Shown here one piece after another: positions 15,782 through 25,185 of a stretch of 56,532 bases of DNA. The stretch is from Candidatus Nanohaloarchaea archaeon. GTDB lineage: Archaea > Nanohalarchaeota > Nanosalinia > Nanosalinales > Nanosalinaceae. Each line of letters begins with the position of its first letter. Position 1 is the first letter of the stretch. A program made the translations under genes and the position numbers. Location: assembly GCA_042218325.1 (NCBI GenBank), contig JBDGRE010000006.1, forward strand, positions 1-56,532. Direction: 5' to 3'. Under the pieces are notes generated by a model. That model worked only from the letters and a program-made list of their open reading frames with translations, ran no database searches and had not been told where the DNA came from.

Positions 15782-16524
15782 GCCTCTATCTTTTTCTTGA
15801 CCCAGTCGTAGCCCTCATCCTCCAGCCTGTGTGCGAGCTTGGGGCCGCCGGACTCCTCTATTCTGCCGTCTATCATGACGTGCACCCGGTCCGGCTCCAC
15901 GTAGTCGAGGATGCGCTGGTAGTGAGTTATCATCAGCAGGCCGATATCCTGCTGCTCCGTGACCGTATTGATTCCCTCCGAGACCGTCTCGAGCGCGTCG
16001 ATGTCGAGGCCGGAGTCTATCTCGTCGAGGATGGCGTACGATGGTTCGAGTACGGAGAGCTGCAGTATCTCGGTCCGCTTCTTTTCTCCACCGGAGAAGC
16101 CGTCGTTGAGGTAGCGCCGTGCGAAGTCGTCGCTCATATCGAGCAGGTCAAGCTTGTCCCGGAGGTGCTCCCGGAACTCCGAGTCCTTCATGGGTTCGTC
16201 GCGCTGGGCGTTCAGGGCCTCCTTCAGGAACTCCGCGACGGAGATACCCGATATCTCGGAGGGGTACTGGAACGCAAGGAAGAGGCCTTCTTCCGCGCGC
16301 TCGTCCGCCTCTTTAATTGTAACATCTTCGCCGTCTATGACTATCCTGCCCGCGTCGACATCGTACTTCGGGTTGCCCATCAGGGCGTGTGCGAGCGTTG
16401 ACTTGCCGGAGCCGTTCGGCCCCATCAGGGCGTGAATCTCGCCCGGCTTGATCTCAAGCGATACGCCGCGAACGATTTTCTCTCCCTCTATGGATACTTC
16501 CAGATCTTCTATTTCAAGCGACAT
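15778..16524 (-). CDS. sufC: Fe-S assembly ATPase SufC
   Basis: GPNGSGKST, FLAFQYP, GFSGGEKKR, LDEIDSGLD, ITHY. Confidence 0.95.
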   Translation of the reverse strand: MSLEIEDLEVSIEGEKIVRGVSLEIKPGEIHALMGPNGSGKSTLAHALMGNPKYDVDAGRIVIDGEDVTIKEADERAEEGLFLAFQYPSEISGISVAEFLKEALNAQRDEPMKDSEFREHLRDKLDLLDMSDDFARRYLNDGFSGGEKKRTEILQLSVLEPSYAILDEIDSGLDIDALETVSEGINTVTEQQDIGLLMITHYQRILDYVEPDRVHVMIDGRIEESGGPKLAHRLEDEGYDWVKKKIEA

Positions 16525-16613
16525 GTGTAGTAGCTGGTACTGAAGTTTCTTAAGGACCGGTTCCGCCATCAAGACACCTATTTATAGCTTCTCGCTCACC
16601 TTCTCTTCCACCG

Positions 16614-16826
16614 ATGCAGACAGAAGATATACTTGCTACCCTGGATGACTGCGTGGACGCGATCTCCACAGAGTTCTACGAGAGCGACGGCTACCTCCAC
16701 GTCAGCGTGAGAACGGATTACGACGCGTTAGAGGATGTCAACAAGGCCAGTCTTGAACTCGAGTCCTATGTCATGTCGGTTCTGAACGGTGGCGAAAGGT
16801 ACAGGCTCGCGTTCAGGCGGGACTAG
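16614..16826 (+). CDS. Small orphan protein
   Basis: 70-aa acidic ORF with TTTATA upstream. Confidence 0.55.
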   Translation: MQTEDILATLDDCVDAISTEFYESDGYLHVSVRTDYDALEDVNKASLELESYVMSVLNGGERYRLAFRRD

Positions 16827-17173
16827 CTCTCAAGGGCTTCCTGAACGGTTTTCAGTCCGAGAACCGCGCACTTGACCCGCATCGGCGACACATCGATTCC
16901 GAGTTTCTCCACCATCCATTCGCGGTCGAGCTCTTTCACCTGATCGACGTCCATTCCTTCCAGCTCTTCGCTGAGCACGGACATCGCGGCGGTCGATATG
17001 GCGCAGCCGTCTGTCTCGTGTCTCACCTGATTCACTTTCCCTTTCTCGACCTCCACGTATACGTGAGTGTGGTCGCCGCAGCTCGGGTTCTCGCCCTCCG
17101 CGTCAAAAGCATCTTCCAGCCTCCCGGAGTTCCGCGGGTTCCTGTAGTGGTCGAGTATCTCCTCCCTGTACAT
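16823..17173 (-). CDS. sufU: SufU/IscU-like protein
   Basis: YREEILDHY.NP.N, NPSCGD, GCAIS, RVKCA. Confidence 0.93.
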   Translation of the reverse strand: MYREEILDHYRNPRNSGRLEDAFDAEGENPSCGDHTHVYVEVEKGKVNQVRHETDGCAISTAAMSVLSEELEGMDVDQVKELDREWMVEKLGIDVSPMRVKCAVLGLKTVQEALES

Positions 17174-17255
17174 CAGTCGAAAACACCCTGGTGTTCGGAG
17201 ATTCCCTCTGGAATCTTCTGCAAGAAAATCCGTCCCACGGATTTTCGTTTTCTCG
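17171..17255. repeat. Multi-hairpin repeat core, copy 1
   Basis: 77/85 nt identical to 31520-31604; three internal hairpins. Confidence 0.95.
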
Positions 17256-17286
17256 GCTGATAGAGAAAATCTGCGATTTTCGTCAT
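17173..17286 (-). CDS. Repeat-encoded bridging mini-ORF (37 aa)
   Basis: MTKIADFLYQPRKRKSVGRIFLQKIPEGISEHQGVFD; TGATG overlaps with sufS stop and sufU start. Confidence 0.65.
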   Translation of the reverse strand: MTKIADFLYQPRKRKSVGRIFLQKIPEGISEHQGVFD

Positions 17287-18479
17287 CAGTCGAACACCTC
17301 CCTGACCTTTTCCAGCGCGAGCAGGAACTTTTCCACGTCCTCTTCCGTGTTGTAGAGGTACGGCGAGGCCCGGGCAGTGGAGGAGACGCCGAGCGACTCC
17401 ATCAGCGGCTGGGCGCAGTGATGGCCCGCTCTTATAGCGACGCCCTCCCTGTTGAGTATCTCGGAGATATCGTGCGGGTGCGCAGTCTCCATAGTGAAGG
17501 ACATCAGCGACGCGTCGCGGGGTGAGTAGACGGTTACACCTTCCATCTCTTCGAGGCCCTCTATCATCCGCGCGGTGAGCTGCTCGTCGTGCTCCCGGAT
17601 GTTCTCCATACCATGATTTTCGAGGTAGTCGATGGCCGCGGCGAGGCCGACGGCGCTGGAGACGTTCGGTGTCCCGGCCTCGAACTTCGCCGGCAGTTCC
17701 TCCCACTCCACCGAGTCGTGCTTCACGGAACGTATCATGCCGCCGCCGACCTGGTACGGCTCCATCTCCTCAAGCAGTTCTCTCCGGCCGTACAGCACGC
17801 CGATCCCGTCGGGTCCGAGCATCTTGTGGCCGGAGAAAGCCAGGAAGTCCGCGCCGAGCCCCTTCACGTCGACCGGCATCCTGGGAACAGACTGGGCGCC
17901 GTCGACCATGACGTACGCGTCGTACTCGTGCGCTACCTTCGTGATACCTTTAAGCGGGTTGCGGGCGCCGAACACGTTGGAAATCTGCGGGACCGTTACC
18001 AGCCCGACATCTTCGTCCATCATACCGCGGAACGCTTCCATGTCGATGCGGCCGTTCTCGTGCGGGATGAACTCGATGTCGAGGTCGTCCCGTTCGGCCT
18101 TCCGGCGCCACGGCAGCTGCTCGGAGTGGTGTGAGAACTCGGGTACAAGGATGCGCCCTTCAAGCTCCAGGGAGGAGGCCACAAGGTTTATCGACTCGGT
18201 GGTGTTGCGGGTGAAAACCGTTTCCCCGGGAGTTGCGCCGATGAAGTCCGCGACCGTCTTCCTCGATTCACGGTACCGCTCAGTCGACCTGCGGGCGAGT
18301 TCGTGTAGCGACCTACCGGGATTTGCGTTGTCCTGCTCGTAGTAATCCTTCACCGCCTCGATGACCTGCTCCGGTTTCTGGGTGGTCGCCGCATTGTCGA
18401 GGTAGACCAGTTCCCCGGAATTGACCTTCTGCTGCAGAGCTGGAAAATCCTTCCTGAGCTCCCCTGCGTCGAGAGACAT
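17286..18479 (-). CDS. sufS: Cysteine desulfurase SufS
   Basis: YLDNAATTQKP, DGAQ, SGHKMLGP, RAGHHCAQP. Confidence 0.96.
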   Translation of the reverse strand: MSLDAGELRKDFPALQQKVNSGELVYLDNAATTQKPEQVIEAVKDYYEQDNANPGRSLHELARRSTERYRESRKTVADFIGATPGETVFTRNTTESINLVASSLELEGRILVPEFSHHSEQLPWRRKAERDDLDIEFIPHENGRIDMEAFRGMMDEDVGLVTVPQISNVFGARNPLKGITKVAHEYDAYVMVDGAQSVPRMPVDVKGLGADFLAFSGHKMLGPDGIGVLYGRRELLEEMEPYQVGGGMIRSVKHDSVEWEELPAKFEAGTPNVSSAVGLAAAIDYLENHGMENIREHDEQLTARMIEGLEEMEGVTVYSPRDASLMSFTMETAHPHDISEILNREGVAIRAGHHCAQPLMESLGVSSTARASPYLYNTEEDVEKFLLALEKVREVFD

Positions 18480-18483
18480 GGAT

Positions 18484-19575
18484 TCAAGCCTCCAGTTTCT
18501 GTTTTACCTGTTCGCGGAGTTCGTCCTTGAGACCGGGGAGCTCGATCTCCTCCATCAGCGGCTCGAAGAAACCCTTCACGACCAGTCTCCGGGCCTGCTC
18601 CTCCGACAGGCCGCGGCTCTTCATGTAATGCATCTCGTCCTCGGGGACTCTTCCCGCGGCCGCGGCGTGGGTGGCCTCCACATCGTTGTTGTCAATCATC
18701 AGTTTCGGCGAGGCGTCGGCCTCCGCCTTCTCGGAAAGCATCAGGGTGTTCTCGTGCTGGAAGCTGGAAGTTCCTGAAGCCTCCTGTCCAACATCCTGTA
18801 AACCCTCGTACGCGGACCGGGCGCTATCGTCCACGACGCCGCGGGTGTTCATGTCGCACGTCGTGTTCTCACCGCGGTGCCTGACGCGCATCGAGATGTC
18901 GTGGTGCTGCTCGCCGGTCGGGTAGAAAGCCGATATCATGTCGGTGGAAGAATTGTCGCCCTTCAGGACCGTCTCCAGCCGGTGCTTCGCCAGGTCTGCG
19001 CCGAATACGGAGTTCAGCCACTCCATGCTACCGTCCCGGGACACGACCGCGCTCCTGGCAACGTAGTTCAGCCCGCACCCGCCGGTCTGCACGGAGCCGT
19101 AAGTCACGGAGGCGTTCTTCCCGACGTAGAACTCTCCTATCGAGCTCGTTATCCTCCCGGAGCCGCGGAAGTACTCCTTGACCGTGACTTCTGCGCTCTC
19201 TCTCGCGTCGACGATGAGCTGCGCGAACGTCGCCGCGTCTTCGTTATAATTTATCTCGACCTCCGACTCTCCAGAGGCCTCGACGTACACCAGCGAATTC
19301 ATCTCCGCGGCGTGGAGCGCGGTCATCCTGTTCTCGTCGAACTTCACGGCGTCGAGCAGCTTATCGCCTGCCTGCTCCGCCGCTTCTTCTCCGGTGAATA
19401 CCTCCGCATCTCCCTCTACCTCGATTTCGGGTTCCAGCCCGGTCGCTCCGTCCGACAGTTCTTCGAGGTCGTCCGGCAGCCGGGTCCACGTCCTTCCCGG
19501 GGTCCTGATGGATTCAGGCATATCCAGCTTCGAAAGCTCCTTGCCGGCCTCCTCCTTCACGTTTTCCGGTCTCAC
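18484..19575 (-). CDS. sufD: SufD
   Basis: Beta-helix; PKLMIDNNDVEATHAA, YMKSRGL. Confidence 0.9.
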   Translation of the reverse strand: MRPENVKEEAGKELSKLDMPESIRTPGRTWTRLPDDLEELSDGATGLEPEIEVEGDAEVFTGEEAAEQAGDKLLDAVKFDENRMTALHAAEMNSLVYVEASGESEVEINYNEDAATFAQLIVDARESAEVTVKEYFRGSGRITSSIGEFYVGKNASVTYGSVQTGGCGLNYVARSAVVSRDGSMEWLNSVFGADLAKHRLETVLKGDNSSTDMISAFYPTGEQHHDISMRVRHRGENTTCDMNTRGVVDDSARSAYEGLQDVGQEASGTSSFQHENTLMLSEKAEADASPKLMIDNNDVEATHAAAAGRVPEDEMHYMKSRGLSEEQARRLVVKGFFEPLMEEIELPGLKDELREQVKQKLEA

Positions 19576-19626
19576 GTGATTACTTGGTCGGGAAAATGTA
19601 AAAAGGGAACATGATGGAGCCGCCTT

Positions 19627-20637
19627 TCACGGTTCAAGGACGGCCCTGAACCTGACTTCTCCCTCCATCATCTTCCCGTACGCCTCCTCGTAGTCCTCGA
19701 GGTCGAAAACCTCTGTTTCCGGGGTTACGTTCCTCAGGCTGGAGAACTCCATCGTGTCTTGGCTGTCTCTCGCGCTCCCGGAGGCCCAGCCAGAGACTGA
19801 AGCGTTGCGGGCTATCAGGTCACCAGCCTCGACCTCTACCGGTTCACCGGGCCGACCGACGACCGTCAGGTCCCCGTCTATCCCGAGGCCGGGTATGACT
19901 TCTTCCACGGCCTCTTTTACCGGTACCGTGGAAAGTACGACTTTTACGCCGCCGAGCTCCTGGAGCGTCTCGGCCACGTCCTCTTCCTCCGAGTTTATGA
20001 AGTGGTCCGCGCCGAGCTCTTCAGCGTAGTCCTGCTTGTCGCTGTGGGATATCGCGACGGTCTCGAAACCGGCCTTCGAAGCGTACTGGACACCTAGATG
20101 GCCGAGGCCTCCTATACCGAGGATCGCTACCGTGTCGCCCGGCCTCGCACCCGTGTGGCGGAGGGAGTTGTACGTGGTGACGCCGGCGCAGAGCAGCGGT
20201 GCAGCATCGACAAAATCCAGGTCTTCAGGTACCCTGGCGACCGCTTCCTTCCTCGCCGTCATGTACTCGGCGTGGCCGCCGTCCCGTGTGAGGCCTGTTA
20301 TCTCTGCGTTCTCACACTTCTTGAACTGGCCTCTGCGACATCTCTCACAGCTGAAGCAGTGGCCCGCTTGCCAGCCGACACCCACACGGTCGCCCTCGTG
20401 CCAGTTCTCGACGTTTTCCCCGGTCTCTTCCACGACACCCGCTACTTCGTGGCCGGGAATCCTGGGGAACTCCGCTTCGGCGTTCAGGCCCTCGACAGCG
20501 TACTTGTCGCTGTGGCATACGCTGGACGCCTTCACCTTGACCAGGACTTCGTCTTCGCCCGGCTCCGGCACTTCTCTCTGCTCTATCTCGATTTTTCCGG
20601 GTTCTTCCACTACTGCAGCCTTCATCTTGTCTCTCAT
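19627..20637 (-). CDS. Zn-dependent alcohol dehydrogenase
   Basis: CHSD, GHEVAG, four-Cys structural Zn site, GIGGLGH. Confidence 0.93.
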   Translation of the reverse strand: MRDKMKAAVVEEPGKIEIEQREVPEPGEDEVLVKVKASSVCHSDKYAVEGLNAEAEFPRIPGHEVAGVVEETGENVENWHEGDRVGVGWQAGHCFSCERCRRGQFKKCENAEITGLTRDGGHAEYMTARKEAVARVPEDLDFVDAAPLLCAGVTTYNSLRHTGARPGDTVAILGIGGLGHLGVQYASKAGFETVAISHSDKQDYAEELGADHFINSEEEDVAETLQELGGVKVVLSTVPVKEAVEEVIPGLGIDGDLTVVGRPGEPVEVEAGDLIARNASVSGWASGSARDSQDTMEFSSLRNVTPETEVFDLEDYEEAYGKMMEGEVRFRAVLEP

Positions 20638-20710
20638 AGAAAAACTGGCACGTTCTAATATAGGATTTCAACAGCCAGAGTTTTTAGAACCGGCCTCGAA
20701 AGCCGCGACT

Positions 20711-22108
20711 CTACCCGAGGCTTCCTTCCATCTCGAGCTGTATAAGCCGGTTCAGCTCCACCGCGTACTCCAGCGGCAACTCCTTCGCGATAGGCTCTAT
20801 GAAGCCGCGGACAATCATCTCCTGCGCCTCTTCCTCCTCGATTCCACGGGACATAAGGTAGTAGATGGCCTCGTCCGAGAGCTTTCCGACAGTGGCCTCG
20901 TGGGCGATGTCGACATCATCCTCCCTTATCTCGACGAAAGGTTCTGTGTCCGAGACGGATTCGTCGTCGAACATCAGCGCGTCGCACTCCACACTGGAAC
21001 TCGCGTTCTCCGCGCCCTCCCCGACCCTGAGAAGGCCGCGGTAGTTGGTGCGGCCTCCGTTCTGCGAAATCGACTTCGACTCGATAGTGCTGGAGGTCTC
21101 CGGCGCGTTGTGTATCACTTTCGCGCCGGTGTCGATGTTCTGGCCCTCACCGGCGTACGCGATGGATATATGGGAGGCCTTCGCGCACTCGCCGTTGAGG
21201 TGCGAGCTCGGGTAGAGCATCGTGACCTTGCTGCCCATAGAGCCGGAGACCCATTCCATGGTCCCTTTCTCCTCCACGAGGGCGCGCTTGGTGTTGAGAT
21301 TGTATGTGTTCTTGCTCCAGTTCTGCACCGTCGAGTACTGGACATGCGCGCCTTCACCGACGTAGACCTCGACGCAGCCGGAGTGGAGATTGTGTCTCGA
21401 ATAGGTAGGCGCGGAGCAGCCCTCGATGTAGTGGACCCTCGAGTTCTCCTCAGCGATTATCAGGGTGTGCTCGAACTGGCCCATGCCCTTCGAGTTCATA
21501 CGGAAGTACGCCTGGACCGGTATCTCGACTTCGACGCCCTCCGGAACGTAGACGAACGAACCTCCGGACCAGACCGCGCCGTGGAGAGCGGCGAACTTGT
21601 TGTCCTGAGGAGGTACACACCGGGTCATGAAGTGCTCTCGCACCAGCTTGGGATGCTCCTGCACGGCCTCATCCATGTCACAGAAGATGACACCCTTCTC
21701 CTCCCATTCCTCCTTCATGTTCTGGTAGACGACTTCCGATTCGTACTGGGCGCCGACACCGGAAAGAGCCTCGCGCTCCGCCTCCGGTATACCCAGCCGG
21801 TCGAACGTTTCCTTGATATCGTCCGGTATCTCGTCCCAGTCATCGCTCTTGGTATCATCCGCCTTCAGGTACGGCGTTATCTCGTCGAAATCAAGCTCGG
21901 AAAGGTCCGGACCCCAATCCGGCATCTCGCGTCTTTCAAAGTGGCGAAACGCCTTCAATCGCCGTTTTAACATCCATTCCGGCTCGTCCTTCTTCTCCGA
22001 GATGTCGCGTATAAGCTGCTCGGAGAGGCCTTTGTCGGCACGGTAGACCGCCCTGTCCTCGTTGGCGTGGTCGAACCTTTCGCGGTTTTTGGATATTTCC
22101 TCAGACAT
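20711..22108 (-). CDS. sufB: SufB
   Basis: GAQYESE, GQFEHTLI, YIEGCSAP, YSTVQNW, ELPLEYAVEL. Confidence 0.96.
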   Translation of the reverse strand: MSEEISKNRERFDHANEDRAVYRADKGLSEQLIRDISEKKDEPEWMLKRRLKAFRHFERREMPDWGPDLSELDFDEITPYLKADDTKSDDWDEIPDDIKETFDRLGIPEAEREALSGVGAQYESEVVYQNMKEEWEEKGVIFCDMDEAVQEHPKLVREHFMTRCVPPQDNKFAALHGAVWSGGSFVYVPEGVEVEIPVQAYFRMNSKGMGQFEHTLIIAEENSRVHYIEGCSAPTYSRHNLHSGCVEVYVGEGAHVQYSTVQNWSKNTYNLNTKRALVEEKGTMEWVSGSMGSKVTMLYPSSHLNGECAKASHISIAYAGEGQNIDTGAKVIHNAPETSSTIESKSISQNGGRTNYRGLLRVGEGAENASSSVECDALMFDDESVSDTEPFVEIREDDVDIAHEATVGKLSDEAIYYLMSRGIEEEEAQEMIVRGFIEPIAKELPLEYAVELNRLIQLEMEGSLG

Positions 22109-22143
22109 ACGAAGCTAGTTATGCCTAAAGCTTTAAACACTGG

Positions 22144-22542
22144 CTAGCGCGCGGAGCGCTTGATGTCGCTGGAAGAATAGCCCTCCTTCTCACCTATCCT
22201 CACTACCTCAACTTCGTGGTCGGTGGCGTCTTCCGCCAGCTCCTCCACCTCGCGCTCTTCATGGGCCTGGTCGTAGCCAAGTGTGATGACATCCGGGTTG
22301 ACGCTTCCAACCGTAGAGTAGATGTCGCCCTTGCTGCCGATTAAAGCCCTGTCAACGGTTTCGAGAGCCCCGAGCAGTTCACGTCGTTCTTCCTCGTCGA
22401 ACGCCAATTGCTCCTTCTCGACACGGGAATCTCTCGCGACCACCACGACAAGCTCGTCGCCGAGCTGCGCACTCTCCCGGAGGTAGTGCAGATGACCGGG
22501 ATGCAGCACATCGAACGTGCCCTGGGCCATCACTGTCTTCAT
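22144..22542 (-). CDS. ribL: Archaeal FAD synthase (cytidylyltransferase family)
   Basis: GTFDVLHPGHL, VVARD, LGYDQ, SSSDI. Confidence 0.85.
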   Translation of the reverse strand: MKTVMAQGTFDVLHPGHLHYLRESAQLGDELVVVVARDSRVEKEQLAFDEEERRELLGALETVDRALIGSKGDIYSTVGSVNPDVITLGYDQAHEEREVEELAEDATDHEVEVVRIGEKEGYSSSDIKRSAR

Positions 22543-22562
22543 GTAACCGGTTGGCGCCTCGG

Positions 22563-23168
22563 CTAATAAATAGGCCCGGTGCTGAGCACCTCAAGCGCGA
22601 CCGGTCCGAGCGCATTGAAAAGCAACAGGTTGAAAGCGACGTTGAAGGCGGCATACTGGAAGTAACTTCCCAGCCTGGAGCGCGACATAAATAACGTGAA
22701 GAACACGAATATTCCCTGTAGACCCGCGGCAAGTAGCGGGCCGAAAAGCGTGATATCCATGCTCGAGAACGTTCCTGCCGCGTAGCCACCAGCGACGAAA
22801 GACGGTATCACCCAAAGCATGTAAACACCAGGTCTACCCGTGAAAACCTGCGCCACTATAAGTGGCAGGGCGAGTATTGCGCCGGTCTCCGGCCCGAAGT
22901 GGTAGCCTGCGACCACGGTGAAGAAGGTGGATGTCTCGATACCGAGCTTGTTCAGGCTAGCCCTCCTGACGAGGAAGGAAACAGCAGCGGTCGTGGCCAC
23001 CATAAGGAATCCTATGAGGTAGTCCTGCCGGAAGACAGAAGCCAGGATGAGTAAAGCGGCTGCAAGAGGATACTTGAACTCGACATCCTGCAACTTCTCC
23101 CTCAAGGGTTCAAGCCTGAGGGCTGCCTGCCTGAGTCTCCTGCAGGCGTCACTGGCTGCTACAGACAT
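22563..23168 (-). CDS. Membrane protein, ECF S-component-like; paralog of 39673-40224
   Basis: About 6-7 hydrophobic segments; FGPETGA, WVIPSF. Confidence 0.7.
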   Translation of the reverse strand: MSVAASDACRRLRQAALRLEPLREKLQDVEFKYPLAAALLILASVFRQDYLIGFLMVATTAAVSFLVRRASLNKLGIETSTFFTVVAGYHFGPETGAILALPLIVAQVFTGRPGVYMLWVIPSFVAGGYAAGTFSSMDITLFGPLLAAGLQGIFVFFTLFMSRSRLGSYFQYAAFNVAFNLLLFNALGPVALEVLSTGPIY

Positions 23169-23204
23169 AACCCGATTTTGGGCTACAACGGTTAAAACCC
23201 CTGT

Positions 23205-25067
23205 TCAGAAGAAATCCTCGAACTCGTTCCACGGCGCCCGTGTCTTCTGCAGGTCCATGCCGGGCGGGAAGACCTTCCGGTAGTTGCTCCACTCGTACCT
23301 CTCATCCATGTAGATAACGGCACCGCGGTCATCCTTCGACCTTATCACCCTGCCCGCGGCCTGTATCGCCCGGTTGACCGCCGGGTAACTGTAACCGTAG
23401 TCCCAGCCCTTGCCGAACTTGTAGTCGTAGAAGTTGATCAGTGCCTTGGTCTCCAGATCCGGCTTCTGGAGCGGCAGGCCCACGATGAACGCAGCCTTCA
23501 TGATATCGCCCGGGTAGTCGATACCTTCACCCAGGCTTCCCGCGGCGACGCCGAGCAGCACGGAGTCGTCCTCTTCCTTCCTTGACGCGAACTCCTCGAA
23601 GAGCCGCTGCTTGGCCTCCTTGTTCATCGACTGCTTCTCGACGAACAGCTTCCGGTCGCTCTGCTCCTGGAGAAGTTCCTTGACCCGGTGCATGAAGCTG
23701 TAGCTCGGGAAGAACACCCCGGCGTTACCGGGCAGCGACTTCAGTGACTTCGACAGGTACCACGCGTACTTGTTATACATCGAGTCGTCGCGCTCCGAGT
23801 ACCGGGTCGTGACCGTCGGGACAAGAAGACTTAACTGGTTCTCGTCCGGGAAAGGTGACTTGAAAGCCTCCGTGCGGGCAGAACTCTCCAGGCCGAGCAG
23901 GTCGGTGTACATCTTCTGCGGCGTCAGGGTGCCTGACATCAGTATGCTTGAATGACAGTCGTTCAAAGGTTCCCGGGTCGAGACCTGCGGGTCGAGGCAG
24001 GTGTACTTGACCTCGATGTACCTGTTTCCCGAGGAGCTTCTCGAACGCTTGATGCCACGGAAGAATCCGTTGTCGTCGCCGCTCCAAGCGTCAAGGAACT
24101 CCGCGATTCCGCCGCAGTAGGACTTCTCCCGCTCATCTCTGACCTCCTCCGCGATGGCCTCGAGGTCGACGATGAACTCGCCGTAGTCCTGTATCGACTC
24201 TATCGAGTCCTTCAGGTCCTTCTTCTGTATCTTCTCCTCATGAGAACCTGATTCGAACTTTTCCGCCGCGATCGACTTGATGGCGTTCGCCAGCTGCTCC
24301 AGCTTCTCCTCCATCCCGTAGAACCCGAACTTCTCCGCCTCGGTTATCGCCCGGTCGAGCTGGGGGATGGACAGCGAGTCGGAGAACAGGGACCGCGTCC
24401 TCGAGGGAAGGTTGTGGGCCTCGTCGACTATCAGTATGGTGTCCTCCAGCTTGACATCGGCGCGCTCGAAGATGCTCTCCCGGACGCCCGGGTGGAAGAT
24501 GTGGAAGTAGTCCGCGATTATCAGGTCGCTGCGGCGGGCGAGTTCCATCATCATGTAGTACGGGCAGAAAGTCGGCTCCGACGACTTGAACTCCTCCGCG
24601 TGCTGCGGATTGCCCTCCAGCTCCTGTAAACGGTCTTTCGCCTCGTCCTTCAGCTGGTGCTCGTCCATGTCGTACATAGCAGTATAGAAGTCGCAACGCT
24701 CCTCGTCCCGCAAAGTCTGGCAGTAATCCTTGAAGTCACGCGACGTCATCTCCTCGACGCCGTCCACGTTACACAGCCACTTCTTACCGAGCAGGTCGAT
24801 AACCGTCAGCTCCACATCGTGACGCTCCTGCATCTTCTTCACTGTCTCCACGGCTATCGAGTGCTGCGAGTGCCTCGGTGTCAGGAAGAACACTTTCTTG
24901 TTGTTCTGCTTGGCGTACTCGATAGCCGGCGTCAGTGTCGCCGCGGTCTTTCCGAGACCTGTCGGCGCGTGCGCGACGAGACCCGTTCCGTCCTCGATTG
25001 CCTTCTCGACCTCGGCCATCAGCTCGTCCTGCCTGGGCCTTACCTCTGAGAACGGGAACAGCTCCAT
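23205..25067 (-). CDS. xpd: XPD/Rad3-family helicase
   Basis: APTGLGKT, four Fe-S Cys, DEAH, SGTL, EGID, QAAGRVIR; start MELFPF. Confidence 0.92.
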   Translation of the reverse strand: MELFPFSEVRPRQDELMAEVEKAIEDGTGLVAHAPTGLGKTAATLTPAIEYAKQNNKKVFFLTPRHSQHSIAVETVKKMQERHDVELTVIDLLGKKWLCNVDGVEEMTSRDFKDYCQTLRDEERCDFYTAMYDMDEHQLKDEAKDRLQELEGNPQHAEEFKSSEPTFCPYYMMMELARRSDLIIADYFHIFHPGVRESIFERADVKLEDTILIVDEAHNLPSRTRSLFSDSLSIPQLDRAITEAEKFGFYGMEEKLEQLANAIKSIAAEKFESGSHEEKIQKKDLKDSIESIQDYGEFIVDLEAIAEEVRDEREKSYCGGIAEFLDAWSGDDNGFFRGIKRSRSSSGNRYIEVKYTCLDPQVSTREPLNDCHSSILMSGTLTPQKMYTDLLGLESSARTEAFKSPFPDENQLSLLVPTVTTRYSERDDSMYNKYAWYLSKSLKSLPGNAGVFFPSYSFMHRVKELLQEQSDRKLFVEKQSMNKEAKQRLFEEFASRKEEDDSVLLGVAAGSLGEGIDYPGDIMKAAFIVGLPLQKPDLETKALINFYDYKFGKGWDYGYSYPAVNRAIQAAGRVIRSKDDRGAVIYMDERYEWSNYRKVFPPGMDLQKTRAPWNEFEDFF

Positions 25068-25185
25068 GGCACTACCCGCGGAGCGAAGTAACATAAAACT
25101 GCGCACCCCGGAGTTCCGGTAGCTCTGGTAGCCTTCACGCGAGCTTTCAGAAACTTGTTTAAATCATGTGTACTGAAACCTGTCT

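Noticed and set aside
17173-17286. Repeat insert as a BHB mRNA intron
   Set aside because: I could not build a 3-4-3 bulge-helix-bulge across the ends, and both flanking genes are complete without splicing.
20036-21970. 644-aa + strand ORF and many similar long antisense ORFs (e.g. 29014-30048, 36598-37521, 46110-46868, 53821-54879)
   Set aside because: Shadows of well-supported genes on the other strand in GC3-rich DNA; composition is not acidic and no motifs are present.
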